Assembly (NCBI GenBank): GCA_965285935.1
Contig: OZ260665.1
Location: forward strand, 73,594,001 to 73,658,000
Source of the DNA: Ophelia neglecta
Taxonomy: Eukaryota
Direction: 5' to 3'
DNA length: 64,000 nt
Program-made: the position numbers and the translations under genes
Shown: positions 1-13,500 of the stretch, piece after piece
Position numbering within the stretch: position 1 is the stretch's first letter
Layout: every line of letters begins with the position of its first letter
The notes under the pieces: model-generated
The model's input: the letters and a program-made list of their open reading frames with translations, nothing else
Told to the model about the DNA's origin: nothing
The model's database searches: none

Positions 1-3000
1 AAAACTATTTAATATCTGAAATTGTAGATGGTACATGTATTTTGGGTTCGATCCTTATTGCATAAATTAAAAGTTATGTCCCCATTAGTAGACCTTAGTC
101 TGGCTCGATAGTCTTTAAATAACTTGAGAACATTTATGCTGAAGTCTAATTTGTACCACACTCGGAGGCTATGTCTAAACGGAATAACAAAATTGTCTAC
201 AAATCAATTATTTGATTACACAACCGTTGCCCATTCATCCCAATTTTGTATTAGATATTAATTGGTTAGATGAGGATGTTAAGGAGTTTAGAACTTTGAG
301 AGTTTTCTTGAAAAATGGTCAAAGTGGATATACACCATTGATGCACCCAACCCTCTTTGTATTTTCGCTTGTTCAAGATTGTTTCTTAATGTCTACTCCT
401 ATGAGGTATATACAAAAAGTTATGCGTCTTTTTGCAGACCACCTTTTTTTCCAGAACTTATTTTCCTTCTTTCAAGACTTGATATATCTATTCATCATGC
501 CCCACAGCCGGTCATTCAATTGCTTACAAATTGTCGGGCATCGATGTCAGGAAAAGTCTCACGAAATCCACAATTTTTGACTGGATTAAAAGGAGCTGCA
601 ATGATTTCTGAATCATGACTAAGAAACGTCCATGCACATCCTTGAAACTGTTCGGGATGGTTTTTCCTGGTATCTACGGTCTTTGGTCCATTCTTTCCGA
701 GATGTTCCGATTCTTATAATTTGTTTTCATTTAATATATCGCATATCCCAATACCTGTTGGTTCTCAGAATAATGATTAAGTGAATTAGTATTTTCACAT
801 TCATGTAGGTGAACAGTCAATTTATTGCAATGAACAAAATATTGAGGATATTGAAAACTAACATGAGTGCAGTTTGTCACCCATAATGAGACATACAATA
901 GTTTCATGTGACCTTCATATAGTACCCACTTTATACTTCCTTGGCTAAGTTGTTTATATCTTAAGTGAAAGCATTGTTAATACCATTTTTAAAACAATTA
1001 TTCTCCATTCCATTCGGTTCAACTTGTATGTTCGGATTTTAGAAAGCTTAGGAAATTAAATTTTGAATTTGTTCTCCGTGGGCTGACTGTGTTATCAGCC
1101 AAGTTTTTTTTTATCTCTAAGCGTATGCTCCCGAATATTGTATTGTCGAGGATATTTTTAAATCGATTTTTTTTCTTAAGAGTGTAAAGACTTGTAATCC
1201 CTTTATTTTCGAGCGTTATGGACAATTTCAGCGTGAGTTTCACATTGACTCCTTCATAGTACCCTCTTGGGCATATTTCATCTTCGTCGTACGATGACAT
1301 TTGGCTCATTTACTCTGTGGTGCGACTCACATCGTGGAAACCTGTCGACCACTTCTCATTCTAAGTGATATCATATGTCACGTGTCTCTTTTATTTCGGT
1401 ATAATCTTATTTGACGTTACTTAGTTGAGAATTGTTGTTTGTGGGCCTGCAGCTGGCGGTTCCCGGTGAATACAGACCGAAAACAATTGACCTTTCTTGA
1501 ATACTGATTTTGTCTGCCGGGTATTCACTCCCATTATTTTTTCCGGCTTTAGGCTTTAGACTCCTTTTAGAGAGAGTCGTGGTGTATCGCCGTGATTAAG
1601 TATAAGTGTCAATTATTAAAATATACCGGGACTGACTGTAGGTATGCAATGACAACCTGTCTGTTAACACCATTCCATGAATTGTATCACACTATATATC
1701 AATGCAAATGTACAGGTGTTTTTCGCATCCTTATGATACCCAGCCATTTTATGAGTTATTGAAGTTTTGTTGGATCGTGGGCGAGGCTTAATCTGTATGT
1801 TCTGGGGTCCACAACGACTAACATGTCAAATATGAACAAAAAGTATAAGAAAAGAAAAAATATTTATTTTTTACTTATTTTTAGCTAAAAAATATTTATA
1901 TTTGTTCTTATTTGCCGGCCAGCTTGAAGATCTAAGATAGCCAGCTGCATATTTGGCTGCTCCCGAGCAGCACATACACGACATTATACAGTTACATTGG
2001 GTCAGTACAAGGGTGCGCACCACATATAGGTCCATCTAGTGGAGATTATCTCATGCCAACCAGCCAAGAAGTTTATAGGCTCATCTGTTTTTATATGGTT
2101 ATTTCGCCAACTGGTTGAAAGTGGCTTCAGAACAGATATCCATCAGAAAAGTTTTGTAACGTTGCCCTGCGCACGTGTCTGGACACCATAACACCAGCAT
2201 CTTCAGGAATGCGTTGAGCAGAATTTACATAATCTGTTCATGCTTTTAGTTACAGTTATAGATAGCATTATATTTTATATCGGAAGACAACTTGTTTCTA
2301 ACACGCTTAGACATATCATTAATTACATGAATCAACCTTCTTTACTTCTTAAGGTTGTCATGTTTTCTAAGGCGAGTTAAGTGAAAAGGAGAAGTAAAGG
2401 TAACAATTAATGCAGAAATAACCATAAATGGAGCCGCGGTACCTTAGCTTAGGCATAGAAATTCCATGATTTGCCAGTTTTTTTACTGCTAAAAGTCCCA
2501 TGGCCTAGGCCAACAAGAACTAAGCTCTGTGATTAACGTTGGAACAATTGTGCATGTCCACTTGATCTTAACATACAAGATAATTGGTAGTTATGTGAAA
2601 CTGCTACAATCCTGTCTTTTTCCTCTTCAGACAAAATGCAGTAAATTCCGTTCTTCGCCAGAGTAGTCAGTCTATATAGACAAATTTCATCTTCACGTTT
2701 TGCACAACGATAATTTATGTCTTTGTCTATAAACTTAGGCGTAAAAGTTGGATTCAGTTCCAATGTGGGCCTATACTATAATTAAATTAACACATCATAG
2801 AAGTTGGACGTGGTATCAATGCCCATTTTGTTGCCTAGGATTGGATGCTGCAGTCATTAAAATCACAAAATTGTGTTTTTATTATTATCAAAATGAATGG
2901 AGATTAAAATCCCGATTTAATCATACAAAATCTAAACGGTCTGGCGATTTTAAATCACAGTGTAATCACATCTCGTCTCAAAACAGAATAAAAACTTTGT

Positions 3001-6000
3001 CAAGGCGAACACAGCTGGTATTCAGAGAGGTTTTCAGTCCAAGTGCTTCCCATTATGTTTATTTATACCTTACTTTCCACCCTGTCATCCTAGAGAGTGA
3101 TGAATCGCATGCAGACGACAGGTCGGGACCCGACGGGTGGCGCAGTGTGCGCGCGCAGCGATGCGCGTTGCCTTGTTAGAGAACTTCCCACGCGTCAGAG
3201 CGTGCCAGCGTGGCCACCATCCCGGAAAAACAGAAATACGTGCCCGGACTTTTAAGTGGCCAACTTAGATAGCACCTACTGAACAACCATTGTCATGTTT
3301 TTTCATTTGTCTAAACCAAGAGAACAGAATCCATAACTATGCTAACTATATTTAAGTCACCAACTCAATGAATTTTAGTTTGTGTTGTTCTTTTAAATAG
3401 CACAGAATGATATATACTCTCTAGCAAACCAGAAAGGTCCTCTTCTATAAGGCTATGCCATCGAAACACTCCTCTTGAATCCTGCCATTGGTGGTGTTAA
3501 TAGTGGCCGTGTGGAGGGCCAAATTTTACCACGGCTTCTTCGAGGAGGCCTGCACGCTGGAAAGGACTTGGCATATTAAATATCTCCCCTAGAAATTTAG
3601 ACACATATAAAAGCTTCCATATATACCCTCCCCATTCTTGTAAGGATGAGATACCTAATTCATGACCATGCCTAAGTTTCTTTTAGCTGGCTAATTCCCC
3701 CGCCCCAATCTAAGTTCCTGAACCATCCGCGTTTGAAAATATTTGTTCGTTGGTGAACCTCTGTAGTTGGATGTTGAATGGTCCCTACAGTCACAGCTGC
3801 ATGTTTAACAGACGCTCTGTGGTCTTAGTCACAGTTTGTACCATATTGGGGAAAGTATGAACTTCGGAGGAAGCGTTTTATGTACATATCTTTTCATTTT
3901 TGTCATCAAACAAAACAACAATCAAACCAATTGAAATCCCTGTCTTTGTGGGGAATCGTTAAATCGTGTTTGTCATTCAAATGCAATCTTTTTAATATAC
4001 TGCAGTAAAACTCTGTGAAGTTGAAAAATTCGATGCAAAACCCACATAGAGTGTCAACTATAAATAGTGTCACTCCTTCCAAACCACTTGAAATTGTATA
4101 ACACTTCAGCGAGCTAAACACTCTCCAGTGATCAAGAGCGACCCGAGACGTCTTTAAGATTCATGCTAAGGGCGGAGAGTGTGCCAGGCCGAGGTCTCCT
4201 CGATGGAAATTACATCTGTCAAGACGACACCTTGTTATATACGACTACCAAGACTGCCTGAATTTAGCAGCAAAAAATGTATAGATAATATACATTTACA
4301 GCCGAATTTTCCTATAGTTTGGGAAGTATGAGTTTATATCGTCTGTAAAGAGAAAATATGCATTTATTTTGAGAGTGACAATGTCTGACCAAGCTTCTGA
4401 ACTGGTACTTAAACTATAATTAAGGAGTTATTTCTGTTTTATTTGCTCCATATTATTTTTTAACCTTTGAAAGCATGATGAGTAAAACCAACGTCTCGAA
4501 ATATTTATTACAAACACGGTGCTGTAGATATTCTTTTCTAATTTGTGTTGAACATATGTCACAACCAGTAAAGCTAAATTTGTACCAGCGCCCAATCATA
4601 ATTGCTTTTTCCGCCACAAAAGACTTCCTCTCGATTTATGATAAGCCCTACTTTAGGTTTATTTTTGAAAAATGTTGGTGGGTGATATCCTTGTCCAGTT
4701 TTTACTATGATTCTTTCATCTTTTATGCATGTCGGGCTGTCCACTTTTGCATTATTGTTCCTCTTTTCAATATGCGGAAGACCAGTGACAAAGGAGGCAT
4801 CTTTTAGAATTTTAATCTACACCAGCTCAGATTACCTTCTTTTGGTGTGGTGGCTTATTGTTGGCAGCCACCAGTGTATTGAAATTTGTCGTTTGGTCGC
4901 TCCGAGGTCCACCCTTCTGTGGGTGTCCGATCACTGGTCGGATTTCCGTTACAGTCCGTCTTGACTTTCTTGACCGCTCCATTTAGAGCTAATTCTCATA
5001 TATTAAGTGATTATCATCCTTCATCTTTTGTAGTAGGACAATAACCATTCTTGGATGTTCTTCAGTTTCCAAAGAAGAAAGACTTGTCTTTCTTGCAGTT
5101 CTTTGACGACTCCCATCATCTTTTGCGTGAATAAGCCGCAGTCGTTTGATTTCCTTCGAGGGGGTAAATTGTACAATCCTATAGGCTACCTTGAATCTGA
5201 AAAATGAGATGCGGCAATCAAGTAGAAATCCGTCTTTTGAAGTGGACATATATGGTGTCTATTTCAAAGGTTCTTTAAGCAATATCTTGGCCATAGCTTG
5301 CTGTCGTCGCTGCACTCACGCTATAAGTTGTCATCCTTTGTAGTTAAACCAAAGAAAGTTCACTTTGCGTGTTTCAAGTAGGTTATTAGAATCTCTTGAT
5401 GTTTTCTTATAGTGGCTATGATGGTCCACTCGATAAGAAGCTAGCGAGCATAGCTCCATCTTAAGTGATGTCCAGGCGGCTATTTCCCTTGCTAATTTGA
5501 AACGCGACAAATTTCGGGTAGGCTTTTAGCATAAATTCCACCGCCGATTACCAGTTTTCAATAGGAAAGTGGCAATCAAAGTAGATTCCCTTTGTTCTGT
5601 GGCCAAGTGGAAGACAGTCTTTTTCTGGGCACACGCGTTGGTAGGCTCCACGTCACGCAATGTCGCGTCCTAAAAGAGCAAGTTAATGACAGAGTTTGGA
5701 TGAAATACCCAACTTATAGTTTGGCATATTATTTAGAGGACAGACTCTAATTGATACCTAAACCATGGAAATGACCAGCCAGATTATGGCTGATTATAGC
5801 TTATACGTTTGATAAGACTGTCAGTTCATGCAATCTGGCATTGGTGGCCATTTGCCGCTATTTCTGACAGACGATGGGTATGATGATTATAGTTTCACGG
5901 GTCACGATTGTCCATGTGAGATACGGAATTGTAGTGCTGTGTCTGCCTGACACCCTCTATGTATTAAACGAATCCACTTTATAATCATACGGATTGATTG

Positions 6001-9000
6001 CGAAATAAATTGTGCTTTTTATAATGTTGCTTAAGTTACCAGATTTTAAATTTCCATTTTGTTGTCTTATATGCTCTTACGGTGGAGGAGATAAACTGAT
6101 AACGTCTACTGTCCACGTGAATCAAAGGTCTCGATTGGAATGAAAAGTGTACATTTTTGAGATTTGCTCAAGGTTATAGCTTATAAATATTGAAGATTTA
6201 TTGGTCTATGTGGGGAAATAACTTACACTACATCTCATGTTTTCTATAGTATATCTCTTGTAAACTGTGACAAAGGTAGTCCCGTATCCCGAGATTTATG
6301 TCGTCTGTCTCGGCTCAGGTTACCACCCTATTCTGACACGGGCACCGGGTTACCAACCGTGAAATCGATTTGTCACAGCCACCAGAAATGGCCGAGAATG
6401 GTAATATTTTCTTTACCCGAGCTGCTTTTACAACCAATTTGTCCCCAATGTGACACCTGCCCGTGTTATTCTTAAACAATGTATCAAAATTTCGCTGTCA
6501 TTGGCCCACAATGCATCAATCTCGGTGACATGTCCGATTCCTTGGCCTTTGTCAGGCAAATGCAGTAAATTGTTGTTGGTTTTCAATGCGTCTTCTCCAT
6601 CTTGTCTTCTCTAATTCCTTTTCCAATCAGTCTAGTTCACATTGATGACACCAAGGTGTCACACATTCTTTCATGGAAGGACAGTCCTCATTTCCTTAAG
6701 ATTGTCTACATTGATGATGTGTTTGTGTGTGGTAATAGGTTTCTTATTAGGCTGTGCTCTATCCCCAGGGAAAGATACATGTTTTATCAACAGATTACAT
6801 AAACTCATCTATACCTATTTATAATTTAAGAGCCGCGCTGAAATAGATCCGAACCTCCAACACAAATGTTAGTGTACATGCACCTATATTAAGATATATG
6901 CATCTCGTCTGATTTCAAAATGGCCCCCATGAAAGACTTTCGACAAGAGCTCCTAGAAGTGCCTTATTTGGTTCTGATTGACAACCATTACATTGTTGAG
7001 AATCATTAAACGACTTGGATTTTTTACAAGTAAGCCGAAGACTAGAGCATTTGGAAAGAATAAAAACCGAGTAATGTTCAAATTTAACTAGGCTTGGTCT
7101 CAGTAATGTCGGCTATTTATATTTTTAAAGTCGTTCTTCCCTGACCAGCGTGATAAGCAGGGCCAATTGGTATTGCTTTCTGTCGATTTACAGAGAAAAC
7201 GCTGGTAATTGGAGACTTTTCCTGTTCAATATTTATGTGTGGTCTCGTGCAACAGATCATTATTCATAGAGCACTCGCTTCGAGTCTCAATTATCGGCGA
7301 TTATTGTCCTTAATAGACCACTTCAAAGGTTTTCTGCAACAGGTTCACCTAGCTTTTCTTCCCTAGAAAGCCTTCCGACAATAGTAAAGTCCTTCAGCGG
7401 GGATTAGGCGCGAAAATCACGCGATTCGATTCCTTAGACGTCTGCCTTTCATCGTCTTTATCTTGGAAAACGCTGGACTCTTGGGACTTTAGTTACCCAT
7501 CGGGTAAAGTCGACGGGAAGGAGTCGGCAAGAACAAAAAAACAGTATCCCCGGCTCTATTTCAAAGAGGGTTTAGTAAAGCCACGGCGTGTCTGATGTAC
7601 CTGTATGGGGCACGCACTCCACCTTATCAGCTCTTAATCGACTCTTTACTGCCGGTCAATCTACTCAGGTTTATTAATTAGTGTTTTTGGCAGTACTAAT
7701 TTCTGCGGAGACAATGATCAAATTGGTTTTTAAGCCTCTGGAGGGTTGCTATCTCGTTGATATCTGTCATATAAAGCTGAGATGAGGAGGTCTGTAAGTC
7801 GGGGGCTAGGGGATGATCCGTTCTGTCAACAATCGGCCGGTGGTCGTCTGCTTTAGGGGGAGTACGGGTCGAGTGGGAACTACACACGTACCAGATTTGT
7901 AACCAGAACAGCAATACAGGCCCTGAAAGGAACACCCAACACCTACCACCCCTAGACAAACAGAAACACGTGTGCCAACTCAAATACACATTGTCCATCA
8001 TTTTGTGAGATAGAAGACGAGAAAAGGTGCTTGTGGGCTGATTTAATTACGATGGTCGAAGGTAAAAAGCGTCCATTGTTGATTCAAAGATGAAAACCAA
8101 ACAGAGAATCATGGCGATTGTAATCAGATAGCCATTTCTCATACATTCTGTAAAGGTTCAACTATTTTAAATTCAAATCTGAAATGGGAGCAGCTCCAAC
8201 AAATTGCCAATATAATATTCCGTGTTGTCCAGTTCCCTTGTTTTGTGAAATTTACCTCACTCGAATTTCACCGATTTGTTTATTAATGAGCTAATGAGCC
8301 GCTTTAGTGCGGGCTACTTCGAGTGTAGTCAGTATGTTAAAAGGGTCTCAGCGTGCCTCAAACGGAACTGTCCTCGGCGAAGAGGCGATAGAAAGTGAAG
8401 AATAAGATGAATTGCTGTATTATACCAAGAGTATTCTTTTGTGCGTGGTCACAAAGCGATAAAATCGCTGCTTTTGTCAGTTGCCGACGCCCCCGGGACG
8501 CTTTTCAGGCGGGCTGGTGGTGAATCATGCCTGTGTCTAAGTAAACGGAGCCACGCGCTAGTCTTGTGCCCCTGAACGGCTGCTGGCTACCGGTCTAACA
8601 CCCAGCCAGGCTTATACCACGTACATCCCAAATCGGGAGTCAAATTCCTCTACTTCTCTAGCATATTGGTAGGTCTCTGAACCAAACAAATGAAAACAAA
8701 AGTTAGCGTGATACTAGTAATTGAAGTATATTTTGCACACAACAAATATACAAGGACAAGGAAATCTCCCCATTTTAGAATTTTAGGATAGGCTGAAACC
8801 ACTCAAAATGATATATTACATATAAATATATATGAAAGCCTTCTGATGATATTACTGCAGCTCGTTGCGGAAATATCATGAACTTTTTGTTTGTAGGCCT
8901 ATCTGTTTAGGCCCATCCCTAAAACCATATAACTAAAAATCAGTCCCTTCCTGCATACCCAAATAACAAGAATGAATATCTCATCTATTCAGTAGGGTAC

Positions 9001-10735
9001 ATTTTAAGGTAAATTATCATCGGAAAATTGAACAGAGCTGACAAGAAAATGTCTTAAGTGACATGTCTATTAGATGTCCATCCGGGTATGTGGAAAATAA
9101 ATCACAAACCGAGGCTGGGGGAGATTCTTAAACAAGGCCCTCTTCCGTGCCCGCAGAGTCTCAGACAAACTCCGCGTTGTTGAAATGATAAACTTTCACT
9201 CATTTTCAGCCAAAACTGCAGACATTGCAATTATCAATGGATGATGAAACTTAAAACTTGCGTGCCAGTGGCGCGGCGTCCTTTGTACTTCTCCCCGTCT
9301 GGTCCGTCGTTGACCCGATTATAACCTTGCTGGTTGGTGACGGTAAAAAATAGTCGCTGTTTTTTAATGGATGTTGTAAAAAGTGGCTTTGGTGTCAAGG
9401 GGCGGGGGTCGTTTCCGGGTGAGTTGGCCGGGAGAGAGCGGGAGAAGTTGTGGTCTCCAGGGCAGCCGACGCCGCACCAGCCAGTACTGCCGAAAAGTGT
9501 CCGCCAGTGGACACGCCATCCTCCAAACAATGACACCTTTTTACTAAACCCTTGATTGCCACATCATTGCCTTGCCAGGTATATATACAGGATATGTTGT
9601 GGTCGAAAACAGAATAATTGTCTAACCTACACGTCACGGTAGACTTATTTCGGCTATCGGCTTTAAGCGCGAGATCTTTTCATTGACAAACCAATTGACC
9701 CATATGCAAGTTTACATCGCTTCGCGATTACATATAAAGCCCAGATGATGATAGTTTTAAGGACATAGGTCACGTGCGGTTTCAAATAGCAGTTAACTTG
9801 GCAAATTAGATGAGCCCACGTCGTCCGGTTGAAATTTTGATTTGTCAATTGTCATTCCTCCGCATGTTATTTCTGGAAGTTGCCTGATATTTGGTGGTAT
9901 TCTCGGGGCTGCACACAGATTTCCCAGCCGGGCCGCCGGCTGAACAAAGCCGCGATCACCTCCCTTCCCTCCCTCCTCTTCTCCCCGTCTCTAGGGCTAA
10001 TTCTACCAATCGTGGCCCTTAGGGGGTTTTCAGTAATTAGCATAAACTGGCCGTAATGAGAGGTTAGGTGAATAGCCCATAGCGGCTATTACCTGAAGAT
10101 GTAATAGGGGTTCCCAGAGTGCAGCGCGTGTCCCCAACAACATCCCCGGTACCATAAAAATGTAGTCTAATTGCCACAATTGTACGAATCCTAGCCAAAC
10201 ATTTGATGAAAAAGAATATTTTGAATGGGTCCTCACCGCAGACGAACGGTTGGGTATTCTACATGTCTTATTTCTTTTAAATAATGCGAAACTTGGATAA
10301 CTAACAAAGGATACCGGTCCTGTTTTTACCCATCAGTTAGGCCCATTAATTAAAAGTAAGGTGCTTCATAGTTAGTTTGGACAGCCATACTTTGACACTC
10401 AAGGATCTAAAAGCGTTGACAAACTGTTAACTATAAAGACCAAGTCTATGAAATTCTAATTCAGACAATTGATATGGCAGTATCAAACACTAGCGGTGGA
10501 AAATTATAATTTGAACGTCAAATGGTTGACGGGGCGTCATCAAATAATAACCATGATGTGGCGGGAGAATTCCGACAGGCATGCAATCTTCCATGTTTGG
10601 CCGATTGAATGCCGGTCTAGTTTGCAGCTAACAGTGGAGCTACCCAGTCTTTTTTTATCCAAGCGGACTTTTTTTCGTATCGTCAAGATAGTTCTGCACA
10701 CGTCTGTAGTTTAAACAAGATGCCCCATCTCTGAG

Positions 10736-10767
<32 letters not shown>
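10736..10767. repeat. (CT)n microsatellite
   Basis: Seen directly. Confidence 0.95.
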
Positions 10768-10770
<3 letters not shown>

Positions 10771-11269
10771 CGCCATTCACCGACAAGTGCGACTTTACGT
10801 TTTTTTCTCTTCTCACTCGAAATACGCGCGCCATCATTAGGAGGCCCTTGAGAGTGTGGCACTAATTGTAATGGTATACATCAAGAGGGGCGATGAGCAG
10901 ACTGGTGGCATGAAAAAGTAAAAAGATGATGAGGCCACGGGGAGATAATTATCAGGAAAATTGTAAAACCCTGCCTTTAACTATCATATGAGACACGCTA
11001 GGATGCTAGACAGTATAGTTTTTGTCATATATGCATTCATAAAATCCTTTATGCGAAAAACAAATTTCAAAGAAGCACGTGTGCATCAAGATCCCAGATA
11101 ACACGATTAATTAGGTAAACATAATATTGAGCATTCTTTAAGATGATCATTAAGTATAATTGCTGTAATAACAGACATAATATTAATTACTGGATGGAGT
11201 ATTGCAAATTATTTAATTGGTGTTCGTTTTTTCTTTAAACCCCGAGGAGAGTGATAACATCTTTAACCT

Positions 11270-11323
11270 TACAATAACAAAGTAAGCAAAACCAAGATTG
11301 CATATATATTTAAACGTTTTATT
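11270..11323 (-). terminator. Neurogenin polyadenylation signal and downstream U/GU-rich element
   Basis: First minus-strand AATAAA seen after the stop (11323-11318), followed ~20 nt later by CTTGGTTTTGCTTACTTTGTTATTGT. Implies a 3'UTR of ~1.24 kb. Confidence 0.6.
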
Positions 11324-12542
11324 TTTTCAAAAACGCAACATATTGCTTCAAGCTATCAGAGAGATTCTTCAAATGTACAGTATATTCAAGTATTCACATA
11401 GGATGAAGGACTTGGTTTAAATTTATAACCATCAATTTGTGACATGACAACTAAAGAGAATTGCATTCATTCAACAGTGCAAGCAACATCACTACAGGTA
11501 TTGGAATGCCAACACACTTGGGGAAGGGAAATAAATATGCAAATAACACTGTGGATCGGAATTTCAATGGGACCGATTGGGAAAATACTTAATTGAAGAG
11601 TTCTTTATAACAATTATATCGTTATATCGACATTAAAGAGAAAATAGGACAATATGACACCCGAGTATGGTAAAACGTGACAATACTGCCGATATTGTCG
11701 GCGGGGTGAGATATTTTAGAAAGACAGAGGTTAAATTGTTCACAGAGCAGACGACAGGATGTGTCGTCTGCCTAAGGACATAGGTACAATATACTCAAGA
11801 GGCATAGGATGCGATGGATTATATAAATATTTGAGTAAGGCAAACGCTGGCAGGCATTAACAAACACTTCATAGAAAAAGTACGTTTTATGTAGAGGAGC
11901 TCAAAGCATAAGACATCTAAAGGGGGATCACTTTCGTACAGAAATAACCATTCATACCCTTGAACAAGCTAACGGCTCAATCAGTTGTCACGAGAAAATG
12001 TCTATTTACAACATTTACAAAATTGTAAAAATATACATATTTACACAGGAATAAATTTTGTAAGCGTCCCTCCGTCTTATTGTTCGCCGTTTGGACCGGA
12101 ACACACTTTTGAACTGGGACACACTAGTCACAATGGCATTCACGCTTAGTTCTTGAACTTTTTGTGGTAAGCGTCTCTTGTCGTGACCTTCGTCTGCGTT
12201 GCCCTGACCTCAGTGATCCCTCCCACAAGGGAGGCGCGCGACTGCAGAGATGTGGTTCTGCAATTGAAGTCGCCTGTCAGGCTAACAAAGTCCAGCTGAA
12301 AAGCAGTCACCACAGGGCAAAGTGTCACTGGTTTCAAAGAGGCACAAATCACTGCAGACAGTCATTAGGGCAGCCCTAGACGATTCATCTTCGCTCCCGT
12401 CCGAATTAGGGACACTGTTGTCCTCAGCTTGAATTATTTGGTCGGGTACAAACCACTGGTTTGATCAGTCTGAAGTTCTATATGAACATACATTGGCCAA
12501 GCGGTTCAAGCAAAACACAGCCCTCATTGTTCTCCCGATATT

Positions 12543-13415
12543 TCAGTAAGCTCCATACATATAATTATGCGCGGGATAAGAAGCAGTCTGGGGAGCGGTA
12601 TTTATTGTCGTCTGGTGATGAGAATGAGGCATTGAGTCCATGTAACCTTGCCAGTGATTGTCAGTATACACGGGTGAAGACTGCATGGTGGTCGTCTGCA
12701 CACGGGGCACGTTAGCGGCTTGTGCTCCCGTCATTAATGCCATCATCGAGCTTACCGCACTGTTCATCGCCGTGCTCATGGCGTCGCTCATAGGCCCGTC
12801 CTGACATCCGTGAAAAAGATGTTCAGTTTTCAGTGACACCGGCGATTCACCAGAGTTATTAGCACACGATGTGAAAGGCATCTGTAAGTGGTTAATGAAG
12901 GCACTAGGATCATACTCACAGCCCAAGGTCTCTTGGCGCTCCAGCATTTTCACAGTTTCCGATAACATCCAGATGTAATTGTTGGCAAATCGGAGAGTCT
13001 CTATTTTTGTAAGCTTGGCGTCTTCTGGGAAGGTCGGAAGCACACAACGAAGTTTGTCCAGGGCGTCGTTCAAGCTGTGCATCCTGTTTCTCTCTCTGTC
13101 GTTGGCCTTAACTCTTCTGGTTCTCTTAATTTTCTGTGCCACTTCTGGACTGACCGCCTTACTTCGACTTTTGCTGTATCTCTTTTTTCCTGCCTTGCCG
13201 CATTTAGACTGTTTTGAGTTGGAGTTCTCATCTACCGGCATTTGAGTTTGTTCCGATAAGGAACCACTCAGGTCTGTGAAAGGGCTCTGGCCATCAATAC
13301 TTCTGTTGGTGTCCAGGTCGTAAAGATCTGGTCCCTCGGAGCAGGATGGACTACGGAGTTGACTGCCCGGGCTGCCCACCTCTGACATGCTATAAACGCT
13401 TGCTGTCTCGGACAT
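12543..13415 (-). CDS. neurog: Neurogenin (atonal-related proneural bHLH, tap/ngn class), single coding exon, 290 aa
   Basis: The b[59 protein letters not shown] is neurogenin-type. The pre-basic segment [25 protein letters not shown] resembles protostome tap/ngn. Start placed at ATG 13415 (ccacgaccATG, good Kozak), just downstream of a TATA-like/Inr pair; TGA at 12545-12543. Confidence 0.95.
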   Translation of the reverse strand: MSETASVYSMSEVGSPGSQLRSPSCSEGPDLYDLDTNRSIDGQSPFTDLSGSLSEQTQMPVDENSNSKQSKCGKAGKKRYSKSRSKAVSPEVAQKIKRTRRVKANDRERNRMHSLNDALDKLRCVLPTFPEDAKLTKIETLRFANNYIWMLSETVKMLERQETLGCEYDPSAFINHLQMPFTSCANNSGESPVSLKTEHLFHGCQDGPMSDAMSTAMNSAVSSMMALMTGAQAANVPRVQTTTMQSSPVYTDNHWQGYMDSMPHSHHQTTINTAPQTASYPAHNYMYGAY

Positions 13416-13465
13416 GGTCGTGGAAAGCAGAAATATGTGGCACACGACTTGCTTGTAGTCAGCAC

Positions 13466-13500
13466 ACTGAAGGGCCGAGTGCCATCTCTCGCCATTTATG
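13466..13500 (-). promoter_or_regulatory. Neurogenin core promoter: TATA-like CATAAAT plus Inr TCAGT
   Basis: Minus strand CATAAAT at 13500-13494 and TCAGT at 13470-13466 (A at 13468), 32 bp apart, the canonical TATA-Inr spacing. Gives a ~53 nt 5'UTR. Confidence 0.7.

Noticed and set aside
212-5249. ORFs of 70-140 aa at the left end (e.g. 1019-1309, 2533-2763, 4989-5249)
   Set aside because: No recognisable domain and no consistent splice chain; decayed coding remnants cannot be excluded without BLASTX.
12134-12143. TGGCATTCAC, matching the reverse complement of the 3' half of miR-124
   Set aside because: Only 10 nt, seed part missing, no hairpin; not a miRNA gene, and the orientation is wrong for a target site on the mRNA.
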